64,000 bases of DNA from Parcubacteria group bacterium (GCA_039740895.1 JBCLGS010000001.1:4013-68012), one strand, 5' to 3'. Positions 1 to 8,852 are shown, numbered from the stretch's first letter. Translations and numbers: made by a program. The notes: generated by a model from the letters alone, not told the origin.

Positions 1-49
1 CAGTTTAATTTGTAACTTAGGTTCATTCATTTACTATTACTGATGTAGT

Positions 50-1156
50 CTATATCCCCTCCTTCTGTAGTATTTCAAGAGCTTTTTTGGCGTCCTTGGA
101 AAGTTTTTTTGGAATCAAAATGTGAACTTTTATCAAAATATCTCCGCGTCTGCCTACATCATATGGAACACCTTTGCCTTTGATACGAAGTATTTCGCCA
201 AATGTAATTCCTTCAGGGATTTTTAGTTTTATTGCACCATCTAAAGTTTGGATATTTTGTTCGCCACCAAGCATTGCTTCCGTCAGCTTGACATTCAAAT
301 CCATTATTAGGTTTTGTCCGTCCCTTCGGAAAAGTGAATGTTTCTTTACATAAACTTTAATATACAAATCCCCCGATTGTCCGAGAGAGATAGCTTCGCC
401 CGCGCCAGAAAGTCTTATCATTTCTCCACTATCAATACCTGCTGGAATTTTAACTTTAATTTCAGTTTCTTTTTTCAATATTCCATGCCCCCGACAAATT
501 CCACATTTTACCTTTGGAACTTTTCCAGAACCATGACAAGCTTCACAAACCACCTGTGATTCAAATTGTCCGAAAAATGTTCTCTTCAATTCGCGAATCT
601 GTCCTTTGCCATTGCAAGTCTGGCATGTGACAAGCTCGCTTCCTTTCTCACTACCCGTTCCAGAACAGTGATCACATTTTGAAACTTTATTAAGTAGAAT
701 TTTTCTTTCAACACCGAAAATAGAATCTTCAAATGAGATTTCAATATCAATGGAAATATCACGGCCGCGTTTTGCTTGCTGTCGTCCTCTTCCACCAAAA
801 ACATCACCGAATATATCTCCTAGGTCAAATTCAAATCCCCCAGAATTTCCTCCTTGAGTAAACTGTGAGAAGTCAAAATCACCAAATCCGCTTGAAAATC
901 CCGAGCCCGTCGAGGGACCAGCACCTTGTCCTCCACCAAATCCAGATGATGGACCTGCTGAACCATATGAGTCATATTGCTGTCTCTTTTTCTCGTCTGA
1001 TAGGATAGAGTAAGCTTCATTTATTTCTTTGAATTTTTCTACATCTCCACCTTTTTTGTCGGGATGAAATTTGTGCGCCAAAGTACGATAGGCCTTTTTA
1101 ATTTCCTCATTATCTGCCTTTTTGTTTACGCCTAGAATGTTGTAGTAGTCTTTCAT
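50..1156 (-). CDS. dnaJ: Molecular chaperone DnaJ
   Basis: J domain with HPD (KFHPDK), Gly/Phe-rich linker, four CxxCxGxG repeats ([32 protein letters not shown]). Confidence 0.95.
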   Translation of the reverse strand: MKDYYNILGVNKKADNEEIKKAYRTLAHKFHPDKKGGDVEKFKEINEAYSILSDEKKRQQYDSYGSAGPSSGFGGGQGAGPSTGSGFSSGFGDFDFSQFTQGGNSGGFEFDLGDIFGDVFGGRGRQQAKRGRDISIDIEISFEDSIFGVERKILLNKVSKCDHCSGTGSEKGSELVTCQTCNGKGQIRELKRTFFGQFESQVVCEACHGSGKVPKVKCGICRGHGILKKETEIKVKIPAGIDSGEMIRLSGAGEAISLGQSGDLYIKVYVKKHSLFRRDGQNLIMDLNVKLTEAMLGGEQNIQTLDGAIKLKIPEGITFGEILRIKGKGVPYDVGRRGDILIKVHILIPKKLSKDAKKALEILQKEGI

Positions 1157-1158
1157 AA

Positions 1159-1200
1159 TACGAAATAACGAATTAATACACGAATGGCTACGAATAAATA
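1159..1200. repeat. ACGAAT-repeat element, copy D1
   Basis: tacgaaataacgaattaatacacgaatggctacgaataaata abuts the dnaJ start. It is near-identical (2 mismatches seen) to the reverse complement of 8853-8890 and shares acgaatggctacgaataaat with 6263-6283. Confidence 0.7.
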
Positions 1201-1327
1201 CTGACCAATTATTGTATTATACACTAATTTAGACAAAATTATACTTGACTATTTATCCAGTAAGTTGTCTTGCTTGTTTTTTTATTTTAAAAAATGTTTT
1301 TTCCATGAGGGGTACCCTTCGTGGATT

Positions 1328-1894
1328 TTAATGACCTTTAATTATTACGGTCTCTGTTAAATCGTCAAAAGTAACAGGAACAGAAAAAATAACATGGGCA
1401 AGTTGGGATGAAATATATTCTGTATTTGAGGTAGGTACGAAATATTTTTTAGATACAATGTGAACATAACCATTTGATATTTTTGACTCTCCGTTGATAA
1501 AACTTGTGGTTATAGAAAATTCATTTTTACTAATATTAACTGATGCTCTTCCGTATTTTTTTACATTGATGATGGCAAGAAATATTGCGTAATTTGAATT
1601 GTCTGTAGCATAAATATGAGATTCTTTTGTGTCAGATTGTAAAATGTTAAGTTTATCAATTTGTTTTAATGATCCATGCATGAGTATAGATTGATTTGTT
1701 GTATTGTCTGAATTTTTCTGATTTATAAAATCCATAAAATCAAATACGCCCTCTGTAACAAGATGATCGAAAAAGCCAACAAGATTTTTTAATCCTTTAG
1801 CTTTTATGTATATATTAATTATATCTCTTTTTAATACAGGGCTCATAGAAGTTAAGTATAACAGAAAATGCGTGCTTCTCAAGGAAACACGCAT
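1328..1894 (-). CDS. Hypothetical protein, possibly last gene of the radical SAM operon
   Basis: Long ORF starting 8 nt after the small peptide ORF stop. An alternative start is Met17 at 1846. No recognisable motif. Confidence 0.5.
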   Translation of the reverse strand: MRVSLRSTHFLLYLTSMSPVLKRDIINIYIKAKGLKNLVGFFDHLVTEGVFDFMDFINQKNSDNTTNQSILMHGSLKQIDKLNILQSDTKESHIYATDNSNYAIFLAIINVKKYGRASVNISKNEFSITTSFINGESKISNGYVHIVSKKYFVPTSNTEYISSQLAHVIFSVPVTFDDLTETVIIKGH

Positions 1895-1902
1895 TGCACC
1901 AA

Positions 1903-2067
1903 TTAGCGCCCGTCTTTATTCCAACCCTTATCCCAACTTTTGTCGAAGGTCTTTGGACCCAGAGAAAAGTTGGGGTTATTACTTGGTTGGATTTTTTTCA
2001 ACAACTCCCTGACTCGAACGGCTTTTTCAACCACTTGATCAGGTACTTCCAAGGTTGTACTTCCCAT
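1903..2067 (-). CDS. 54-aa candidate RiPP precursor peptide (not in ORF track)
   Basis: ATG at 2067 follows AAAGGAG with an 8-nt spacer, 43 nt after the rSAM stop. Translation by hand: MGSTTLEVPDQVVEKAVRVRELLKKIQPSNNPNFSLGPKTFDKSWDKGWNKDGR. The C-terminus carries three aromatic-x-Lys units. Confidence 0.55.
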   Translation of the reverse strand: MGSTTLEVPDQVVEKAVRVRELLKKIQPSNNPNFSLGPKTFDKSWDKGWNKDGR

Positions 2068-2110
2068 ATTTAAGGCTCCTTTCCGTATTCAATCTACCAT
2101 ATGCGGAGAA

Positions 2111-3202
2111 TCATAGCAACTTCAGAATCACCTCCACTGGTATCTGTTGAGAATTTTTACAATGGAGAGTTTCTGTCGCTACAATCTGCCCAAGCTCAAA
2201 AAACTTATTTGAAGCTTGTCCCCCGCGACAATAATCAAAAAACTTGCACTCTGATCGACATCGCTCAACACCTTGGAGATATTCTCGAACATAGAGTGAT
2301 TTCTGTCCCCGTTCCAATATCGTTGTAAAATCATTCACAAAAAGGTTGCCTGCGATAAAATCGTTGTGAGCGAGTGACTTTGCCCCCAACATTTCGGGAG
2401 AAAGAAGAACAATGTCTCCATTCCATCCAATAGTTGGGAAAATATCTTTCCTGTTCGGGATCGGTTTTGTTTCGCCAATCAACGAACCCATCCATTGGAT
2501 AATATTTGTGAATTCCCTCACTCGTATTTTCGGATTTTCATACCATCTGACGAAGAGTTCTTCCCAAAATCTTGCAACTTCTTCTCCCCCGGCAGAACCA
2601 GAGTTCATACCAAGCCGTTCCTCAAGGTTAACACCAAGAGACTCACACCCAACTTGACAGAAGAAGTCATAAATCTCAGAAGCTTTAAGTAACGATTCAT
2701 TTGTGATCACTGCTATGCAGGTGAAGTTAATATCGTACATCTTCAACAAACTCACGCCACGCATGATTTTGTTAAAAGATTCATTTCCCTGCCAATCCGT
2801 ACGATTAGTATTGAGCAAATGAGGACCGTCGATGCTTACTCCAACTTCGAAATCATAATTTTTGAAAAGTCTACACCACTCTTCATCAATCAATGTCCCA
2901 TTAGTCTGTACACAATGACTAATTTTGCCAGCCTTTCGTAGGTTTTCTAGTGGTGCAATCAGTTCTATAAAATGGTTTGCACCGTATGCTAGAGGTTCGC
3001 CACCATGCCAGACTAAAGGGACATTATATGGAAGATTTAAATCACCAATACCTTTTGCCAGATGTGTGGTCAACCGATTATCCATGCGAAAATTTTTATC
3101 TCTTGATGGGAGATAACAGTATGAGCAATTGAGATTGCAGACAGTTGTCGGTTGCAACACAATTTGCCCTAAAAAGAAAAAATCGTCTTCAAACAGATTC
3201 AC
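2111..3202 (-). CDS. Radical SAM protein with SPASM/twitch-like C-terminal Cys cluster (AslB/anSME-like fold)
   Basis: CNLNCSYC (CxxxCxxC) near the N-terminus, GGEPL, Cys-rich C-terminus CRSECKFFDYC...HC. GTG start preceded by AGGAG. Confidence 0.9.
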   Translation of the reverse strand: MNLFEDDFFFLGQIVLQPTTVCNLNCSYCYLPSRDKNFRMDNRLTTHLAKGIGDLNLPYNVPLVWHGGEPLAYGANHFIELIAPLENLRKAGKISHCVQTNGTLIDEEWCRLFKNYDFEVGVSIDGPHLLNTNRTDWQGNESFNKIMRGVSLLKMYDINFTCIAVITNESLLKASEIYDFFCQVGCESLGVNLEERLGMNSGSAGGEEVARFWEELFVRWYENPKIRVREFTNIIQWMGSLIGETKPIPNRKDIFPTIGWNGDIVLLSPEMLGAKSLAHNDFIAGNLFVNDFTTILERGQKSLYVREYLQGVERCRSECKFFDYCRGGQASNKFFELGQIVATETLHCKNSQQIPVEVILKLL

Positions 3203-3444
3203 ACAAGCTCCTTTCTGCTTATATGCAGACCAATCCTAACTTATTGTCAAAATCACAATTCTAAAAAGCATATTACCATACCTATTTATTATTGTCTAAT
3301 TTAAAATCCCCAGTTTTGTATTGACTTTAAAAACACCTAAAATAATGGCTTTGTTTAGCCGTTTATAGATAAATAGGGATGAGTACATTATTTCCCATAA
3401 TTCTATGTCGCAATTAGAACACGTGTTTTTATATTATATTGTAC

Positions 3445-3690
3445 TTATCCCCATTTCCCCAAATCACTAAGCGAATCAATTTCTATAGGCATGATTTCTT
3501 TACTCTCTAGAATTTTATTCAAATATATTTTTGTCATATCGAGCGGAATAAGTCCTGTAAAATTATGTGCCAATATTATTTCTGCATCTGATACCTCAAA
3601 AACCACACCAACACTTTGCATCACATGAGCATGGTTCGGTCTTTTATATGTCACTAATACAGTATCTCCTTTTTTATAATTTCTTGTCAT
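3445..3690 (-). CDS. Hypothetical protein (81 aa)
   Basis: ORF overlapping the upstream ORF by 17 nt, suggesting an operon. No known motif. Confidence 0.45.
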   Translation of the reverse strand: MTRNYKKGDTVLVTYKRPNHAHVMQSVGVVFEVSDAEIILAHNFTGLIPLDMTKIYLNKILESKEIMPIEIDSLSDLGKWG

Positions 3691-4174
3691 AAAATTCTAA
3701 ATTTGTAATGAAAGATTTTGGAATAGCAATAAAAGTTGGCTTTTCTACAGGATGATTATCGATCTTTATGCCAGTCTTTATTGTCTCTGGGTCTTTTATG
3801 ATAACGGCGTCTGGTGTAACTTTATATAAATTACCTTCACTATACATAACAGTACACTTATCTGACATACTTCCGTTTGTAAAATGAACTATATCTGTCC
3901 AATAAATACCGATATCCGAGCCTATTCGAGAAGATACATCAGATAAATCGGATTGTATCTCTCTATTTTTTCCTTTTAAAATTAAAGCTTGTTTTGGGAT
4001 AAGTAACCCCTCTTCCGCGACTCCATTTTTTTCAGTAAAAGAAATCGCTATGTGTTCACCAGAGGAAATAATGAGATTGCCGATTGCTATATTTGTCTTG
4101 AAATTTGTATGCTTAAGATCCTGTTCCGTATAGTATAGAGCATCTATGTATCTAATAGCTATAATTGTATTCAT
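3674..4174 (-). CDS. Hypothetical protein (166 aa)
   Basis: ORF downstream of the dnaK terminator. No known motif. Confidence 0.5.
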   Translation of the reverse strand: MNTIIAIRYIDALYYTEQDLKHTNFKTNIAIGNLIISSGEHIAISFTEKNGVAEEGLLIPKQALILKGKNREIQSDLSDVSSRIGSDIGIYWTDIVHFTNGSMSDKCTVMYSEGNLYKVTPDAVIIKDPETIKTGIKIDNHPVEKPTFIAIPKSFITNLEFYDKKL

Positions 4175-4199
4175 GGTATTTAGTATATCAAATAGAAAA

Positions 4200-4219
4200 G
4201 GGAACCGGTAACGGTCCCC
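4200..4219 (-). terminator. Rho-independent terminator after dnaK
   Basis: The minus strand reads GGGGACCGUUACCGGUUCCC followed by UUUUCUAUUU. Confidence 0.65.
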
Positions 4220-4240
4220 TTTATCCCCAAATATATAAAA

Positions 4241-4263
4241 AAAGGTGACTGACCCCTTTATCC
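4241..4263. repeat. 3'-end hairpin motif E (aaaggtgactgacccctttatcc)
   Basis: Lies 2 nt from the dnaK stop. Same motif family as 41940, 45376-45457, 45883, 48685, 36829 and 52613. Confidence 0.6.
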
Positions 4264-4264
4264 A

Positions 4265-6202
4265 CTATTTCCCCTCCTCACTCTTCTTCTCTTCAAAATC
4301 AGCATCTCTGACTTTTCCCTCTTGGCCGTCCGCAGGATTAGGCTCACCTTCTTTTGGGGCTGACTGTGCCTGTTCTTGTGCAGCTTTGTTCATTAGCTCT
4401 CCAATCTTTGAAAGTTCGTTTGATAAGTCAGAAGTTGTTGATTTTATTTTTTCCATATCTGGAGTGGTGTTGTCCTTTGCAGTTTTGGCGTCAGTTATTT
4501 TATCTTCAATTGATTTTCTTAGCTCTGCAGGAACTTTGTCCCCCGCATCTCGCAAAGATTTCTCCGCAGTGTAAATCATTTGTTCTGCAATATTTTTTGC
4601 CTCAATAACTTCTTTTTTCTTGGCATCTTCAGTGGCATGAACCTCAGCATCTTTCTGCATTTTTTCAATATCATCTTTTGAAAGACCCGAACGAGCTTCA
4701 ATGCGGATGGATTGTTCTTTGCCAGAAGCTTTATCTTTTGCCTTCACAGAGAGAATTCCATTTGCATCCAAATCAAACATGACCTCTATTTGTGGCATGC
4801 CTCGTGATGCTGGTGGTATTCCATCTAAAATAAATTGTCCAAGAGACTTATTGTCTCCAGCCATAGCGCGCTCACCCTGGACAATGTGAATTTCTACACT
4901 AGTTTGATTATCAGCAGCAGTGGAAAAGACTTGTGAACGAGAGGCTGGAATGGTCGTATTTCGCTCTACAAGCTTCGTAGCAACGCCCCCCATAGTTTCT
5001 ATACCAAGCGACAGAGGAATGACATCTAGGAGTAGTACATCCTTTACTTCACCCGACATAATACCTGCCTGAATAGCCGCCCCAAGTGCCACAACCTCAT
5101 CTGGATTGATTGTTTTATTTGGATCTTTACCGAAAAACTCCTTTACCTTGTCTGACATTTTTGGCATACGAGTTTGACCTCCGACTAAAATAACTTCATT
5201 GATTTCAGATATTTTAAATCCTGAAGCTTCCATTACACGCTTTGTGATAGACATTGCTCGGTCAATAAACTCAGAAGCTAACTCTTCAAGTTTTGCTCGG
5301 CTTATTTTTATAAGCAAGTGTTTTGGACCAGATGCGTCTGATGTGATGAATGGAATATTTACTTCCGATTCCATTGCAGTTGAAAGTTCTATCTTTGCTT
5401 TTTCTGCAGCTTCATCAAGTCTCTGAAGTGCAAGCATATCTGTTCGCAAATCTATTCCTGATTCTTTTTTAAATTCATCTGCAAGGAAATTTATAATTTT
5501 CTGGTCGATGTCTTTTCCTCCAAGATGACTATCTCCGTCTGTTGCTTTGACTTTGATGTCACCACCAACTTCATCAACATCCACTTCAAGAACTGAAATA
5601 TCAAAAGTTCCACCCCCAAAGTCGAAGACAACAATCTTTTCATCCTTTCGGCTCTTATCAAAACCGTAAGCAAGTGCGGCAGCTGTTGGTTCATTGATAA
5701 TTCTCAATACTTCAAGACCAGCAATCTGACCTGCATCCTTTGTAGCTTGTCTTTGTGCGTCGTTGAAATACGCAGGAACAGTAATGACAGCCTGAGTAAT
5801 TTTCTCGCCAAGTTTTGCTTCAGCATCTGCTTTCAATTTTCCAATAATCATAGCTGAGATTTCTTCTGGAGTGTATTCTTTGTCGTTCATTTTTACTTTC
5901 ACTCCACCAGTTGCTGATTTCAAAACTTCGAAAGGAACAATGGCTTTGTCCTTTTGAACCCCAGCGTCGTCAAATGTGTGGCCTATAAAACGCTTGATAC
6001 CATAAACAGTATTTTTAGCATTTGTTACAGCTTGTCTTTTGGCAAGCAAACCAACAATTCTCTCGCCAGTTTTTGAAACAGCCACAATAGAAGGAGTGGT
6101 TCTTGCACCTTCAACATTTTCCAATATTTTTGGTTGGCCGACTTCCATCACAGCGACAGCAGAGTTGGTGGTTCCAAGATCGATTCCTATAATTTTAGAC
6201 AT
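4265..6202 (-). CDS. dnaK: Molecular chaperone DnaK (Hsp70)
   Basis: [18 protein letters not shown] and [11 protein letters not shown] signatures over the full length. Confidence 0.97.
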   Translation of the reverse strand: MSKIIGIDLGTTNSAVAVMEVGQPKILENVEGARTTPSIVAVSKTGERIVGLLAKRQAVTNAKNTVYGIKRFIGHTFDDAGVQKDKAIVPFEVLKSATGGVKVKMNDKEYTPEEISAMIIGKLKADAEAKLGEKITQAVITVPAYFNDAQRQATKDAGQIAGLEVLRIINEPTAAALAYGFDKSRKDEKIVVFDFGGGTFDISVLEVDVDEVGGDIKVKATDGDSHLGGKDIDQKIINFLADEFKKESGIDLRTDMLALQRLDEAAEKAKIELSTAMESEVNIPFITSDASGPKHLLIKISRAKLEELASEFIDRAMSITKRVMEASGFKISEINEVILVGGQTRMPKMSDKVKEFFGKDPNKTINPDEVVALGAAIQAGIMSGEVKDVLLLDVIPLSLGIETMGGVATKLVERNTTIPASRSQVFSTAADNQTSVEIHIVQGERAMAGDNKSLGQFILDGIPPASRGMPQIEVMFDLDANGILSVKAKDKASGKEQSIRIEARSGLSKDDIEKMQKDAEVHATEDAKKKEVIEAKNIAEQMIYTAEKSLRDAGDKVPAELRKSIEDKITDAKTAKDNTTPDMEKIKSTTSDLSNELSKIGELMNKAAQEQAQSAPKEGEPNPADGQEGKVRDADFEEKKSEEGK

Positions 6203-6262
6203 AATTTTTTAGTGATTATTTTTTGTAATAGTAAAAGATACGAAAATGAAATCCGGAAAATT

Positions 6263-6310
6263 AACGAATGGCTACGAATAAATTCAAAATGCATTATTCG
6301 TATACATTCG
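6263..6310. repeat. ACGAAT-repeat element, copy D2 (palindromic form)
   Basis: cgaatggctacgaataa (6265-6281) faces ttattcgtatacattcg (6294-6310), an inverted repeat with 2 mismatches, upstream of the dnaK start. Confidence 0.6.
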
Positions 6311-6324
6311 CAACTACCCTAAAT

Positions 6325-6636
6325 TCATTTTCGTATTTCTGTAGGTGCCCTAGGTTTAGAACCTGATGAGTATAATATATTTGATACAAAATATGGAGAA
6401 ACAATGTTTCTATCAAAACAAAGTGTTGTATAAATAGATTTTTCAGTATTTAATCCTGAAAGAGCGTAGATTTTATTTTCTATATTCAACCCCTCCTGTA
6501 TCTCTACGGCTCCTACGAGCCGAGCCTTCATTCGCCCACCACACTGATACACGCAGAAAGTAGCACGAACAAGTCGCCCGCTTGAGTCGCGTAATATTTT
6601 CTCTATGAAATTACCTTTTGATGGTGTAAGTTGCAT
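6325..6636 (-). CDS. Doubtful ORF in the grpE-dnaK spacer
   Basis: 103-aa ORF with no SD and no motif. It contains a locally GC-rich hairpin-prone core and may be non-coding. Confidence 0.2.
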   Translation of the reverse strand: MQLTPSKGNFIEKILRDSSGRLVRATFCVYQCGGRMKARLVGAVEIQEGLNIENKIYALSGLNTEKSIYTTLCFDRNIVSPYFVSNILYSSGSKPRAPTEIRK

Positions 6637-6665
6637 ATTGTTAAAACAGAATTATAACACATTTT

Positions 6666-7256
6666 CTATTTATCAAAGTGTAGGACCTTCACTTTCGGTG
6701 CGCGGATTTCCTTTCCATTTAATGAGTAGCCGACACGGAGAACTTCAAGTATTTTTCCATCTTCATCTTCATTTTCTGTTGGCATACTTTCTACAGATTC
6801 ATCTCTGTTGTGGTCGTACTTCTCCCCTACTGGGTCAACAATTTTCAAACCACTCTGTGTAAGAACATTTATGAGTTGAGAGTGAATGTATTCCACACCA
6901 ACTCTCCAATTTTTATCAGCTTTTTCCCAAGCTTCTTTGTTTTTAAAGGCAGATTCAAATGAGTCCAAAACCGTAAGTAGTTCAGCAATAATATCTTCCG
7001 TAGCAAATTTGACCAACTCCTTTTTTGTCTCATCGTCTTTCTTCCGAAGATTTATGAAGTCTGCTTTTTCTCTCTGCCAGCCGTCCAAAAGCTCCGAGTT
7101 TTTCTTCTCAAGTTCTTTTATTCTTTCCTTGAGTTGTTTAACTTTAACAGAATAATCGCTACCTGTCACCTCAGTGTTGTCTTCAAAGATAAAATCATCC
7201 CCTGGGTCGGTATCTATCTCTGGTTCTATGTCTTTTTTTATTTCGTCATCTTTCAT
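6666..7256 (-). CDS. grpE: Nucleotide exchange factor GrpE
   Basis: Acidic N-terminus, coiled coil and a GrpE C-terminal beta domain (ILEVLRVGYSLNGKEIRAPKVKV). Positioned upstream of dnaK. Confidence 0.9.
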   Translation of the reverse strand: MKDDEIKKDIEPEIDTDPGDDFIFEDNTEVTGSDYSVKVKQLKERIKELEKKNSELLDGWQREKADFINLRKKDDETKKELVKFATEDIIAELLTVLDSFESAFKNKEAWEKADKNWRVGVEYIHSQLINVLTQSGLKIVDPVGEKYDHNRDESVESMPTENEDEDGKILEVLRVGYSLNGKEIRAPKVKVLHFDK

Positions 7257-7286
7257 AAAGTGTATATTACCATATCTTTCGTTTTC

Positions 7287-7564
7287 TCAAAACATGTCTT
7301 TTTTGAGACATTGCACAGGATATTAGAAAACAACGACGAAATTAAAGAAAGACCGAAGCACTGTTTGACGAAGTCGTAATCGACGAGGTGAGAAGCGAAG
7401 CTTCGCAAGACCTTGAGTATTTTGTAATCAAAATGCAAAAGGTGTACTGCTCCTGTAAGGAGTTTGCGAGAGGTCTTCGTAATGAGGAAGATTGTTTTCT
7501 TGATATCCGAGCATAGCAAAAGCCCACCAGGGCTTTCCGTGTCTCAAAAAAGACATGTTTTGAG
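7287..7564 (+). repeat. Structured palindromic element C1 carrying the conserved core (7389-7460)
   Basis: 25-bp perfect terminal inverted repeats (ctcaaaacatgtcttttttgagaca / tgtctcaaaaaagacatgttttgag). A 72-nt core is shared with 25727-25802 and 63641-63717. Confidence 0.8.
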
Positions 7565-7568
7565 ATTT

Positions 7569-8003
7569 TTATCTTTTTGACCACTGTGGGGCTTTTCGAG
7601 CTTTCTTCAGACCGAATTTTCTTCGCTCTTTAGCTCGGGGATCTCGTTTTAGGAATCCGGCTTTTTTCAAATCTTTTCGTAGGTCAGCTCTGTATTCAAC
7701 AAGCGCCCTTGCAACTCCGTGTCGCATAGCTTCTGCTTGTGAGTGGAGTCCTCCGCCGACAAGCTTTACTGTGACTAAGAATTTCTCTTCTGCACTAAGA
7801 CTTGCAAAAGGTTGCTTTACCACTACCTGCATTTCTTTTATTGAGAAGTATACGTGAAGTTCTTTGTCATTTACTTCAAACGACATCTTTGATGCTGGAG
7901 TGATGCGTATGCGGGCAATAGCGGTCTTTCGTCGTCCAACAGTTTCAATATATCTGTCGTCACTACTCTTGTTTATTTTTTTGATTGTTTTTATTTCAGC
8001 CAT
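7569..8003 (-). CDS. rpsI: 30S ribosomal protein S9
   Basis: C-terminus GGGLHSQAEAMRHGVARAL...RDPRAKERRKFGLKKARKAPQWSKR. Confidence 0.95.
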   Translation of the reverse strand: MAEIKTIKKINKSSDDRYIETVGRRKTAIARIRITPASKMSFEVNDKELHVYFSIKEMQVVVKQPFASLSAEEKFLVTVKLVGGGLHSQAEAMRHGVARALVEYRADLRKDLKKAGFLKRDPRAKERRKFGLKKARKAPQWSKR

Positions 8004-8009
8004 TTTGTT

Positions 8010-8354
8010 TTAACTAATTTTCAAATTATTCATCATTTTCTGTCGAAGTTTATTCTTTGGAAGCATACCTGAAACAGCTGACTTGAATAGCTCGCCGTGA
8101 CCTTTCTTCTCAATAACCTGTTCCATTGTTGGCTGTCTGAGACCTCCTGGGTAACCAGAAAAGTGATTGTATGTCTTTTGAGATAGTTTACTTTCTGTAA
8201 TATCTGCTTTAGCAGTATTGACAATTTCTACAGAAACTTCAGGGATTGAATTTCTAGTGAACTCTGGCAAATTTTTTCCCATTAGCAATACTGCCACTTC
8301 TGAAGCAACTCGTCCTACCTTTTTTCCTTCTGCATCTATAATGTGTTTTGTCAT
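8010..8354 (-). CDS. rplM: 50S ribosomal protein L13
   Basis: MTKHIIDAEGKKVGRVAS is an L13 N-terminus. The ORF-track start at 8381 is a TTG inside repeat A1, so the ATG at 8354 is preferred. Confidence 0.9.
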   Translation of the reverse strand: MTKHIIDAEGKKVGRVASEVAVLLMGKNLPEFTRNSIPEVSVEIVNTAKADITESKLSQKTYNHFSGYPGGLRQPTMEQVIEKKGHGELFKSAVSGMLPKNKLRQKMMNNLKIS

Positions 8355-8371
8355 GTTTTTTACCTTATCAT

Positions 8372-8497
8372 AAACTTTCAAATTTGACCAAGGTCGCGTA
8401 TAAAATTTGAAAAAAAATTGGAGCCTACCTGAGTGCGTAGGCGACGATTCTTTTTCAGATTTTAGACGATGAAATTGGGCATAATTTGGAAGTTTTA
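8372..8497. repeat. Structured intergenic element A1
   Basis: ~125-nt imperfect palindrome with central hairpin gcctac-CTGAGTGC-gtaggc (8423-8442). Its end runs into the rplQ stop codon. Confidence 0.8.
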
Positions 8498-8845
8498 TTA
8501 TACGAATTCTATTATGGCCATAAGGCTTCCGTCACTCTTTCGCGCTGGTAATTTGGTGATGCGTGTATAACCACCTTTTCTGTCTAGATATTTTGGAGAA
8601 ATATCATTGATAATTTTTTCTGCACCAAGAGCACCAATTTTTGATATAAGAAGTCTTTTTGATATAACTGTGTTTGTTCTTCCAGAAGTAATCATTTTCT
8701 CAGCGTATGGTCGAAGCTCTCGCGCCTTTGCATCTGTAGTCTTGATTTTACCTTCTAGAACTAATGCTAAAGCAAGCGACTTCATAAGTGCGTTTCGTAC
8801 TTTCTGTTCTCTTCCAAATTTTCTTTTTGTATTATGATGTCTCAT
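8498..8845 (-). CDS. rplQ: 50S ribosomal protein L17
   Basis: MRHHNTKRKFGREQKVRNALMKSLA is an L17 N-terminus. Confidence 0.95.
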   Translation of the reverse strand: MRHHNTKRKFGREQKVRNALMKSLALALVLEGKIKTTDAKARELRPYAEKMITSGRTNTVISKRLLISKIGALGAEKIINDISPKYLDRKGGYTRITKLPARKSDGSLMAIIEFV

Positions 8846-8852
8846 TGTATTA

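Noticed and set aside
2111-3202. The radical SAM enzyme could be an anaerobic sulfatase-maturating enzyme.
   Set aside because: This is not excluded by sequence alone. However, no sulfatase gene is in the window, the adjacent peptide lacks the C/S-x-P-x-R target motif, and a repeat-bearing small ORF sits directly downstream. The RiPP-maturase hypothesis is preferred and anSME kept as the alternative.
6363-6370. CUGAUGAG on the plus strand followed by a GUAU...AUAC stem and later GAGAAAC, which looks superficially like a hammerhead ribozyme core.
   Set aside because: After the putative stem II the sequence is AAA rather than the essential G12-A13-A14. The alternative GAAAC is followed only by a 2-bp stem III with a 3-nt loop. 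No credible three-way junction or cleavage-site context exists.
7253-7584. ORFs 7253-7519 and 7342-7584 (minus), 11854-12075 (minus), the N-terminal 43 codons of 12482-13189, and 63347-63682 (both strands).
   Set aside because: They lie entirely within palindromic elements or the GC-rich island, have no SD or motifs, and one overlaps the real rpmJ. Their length is a by-product of the repeat sequence.
8372-8497. GAUGAG in the 3' arm plus CUGA in the loop of family A suggested C/D-box or kink-turn motifs.
   Set aside because: The opposite strand lacks the required tandem G-A positioned next to the canonical helix (it has GUA-UAAAAU). No consistent 3-nt bulge geometry could be drawn in all copies.
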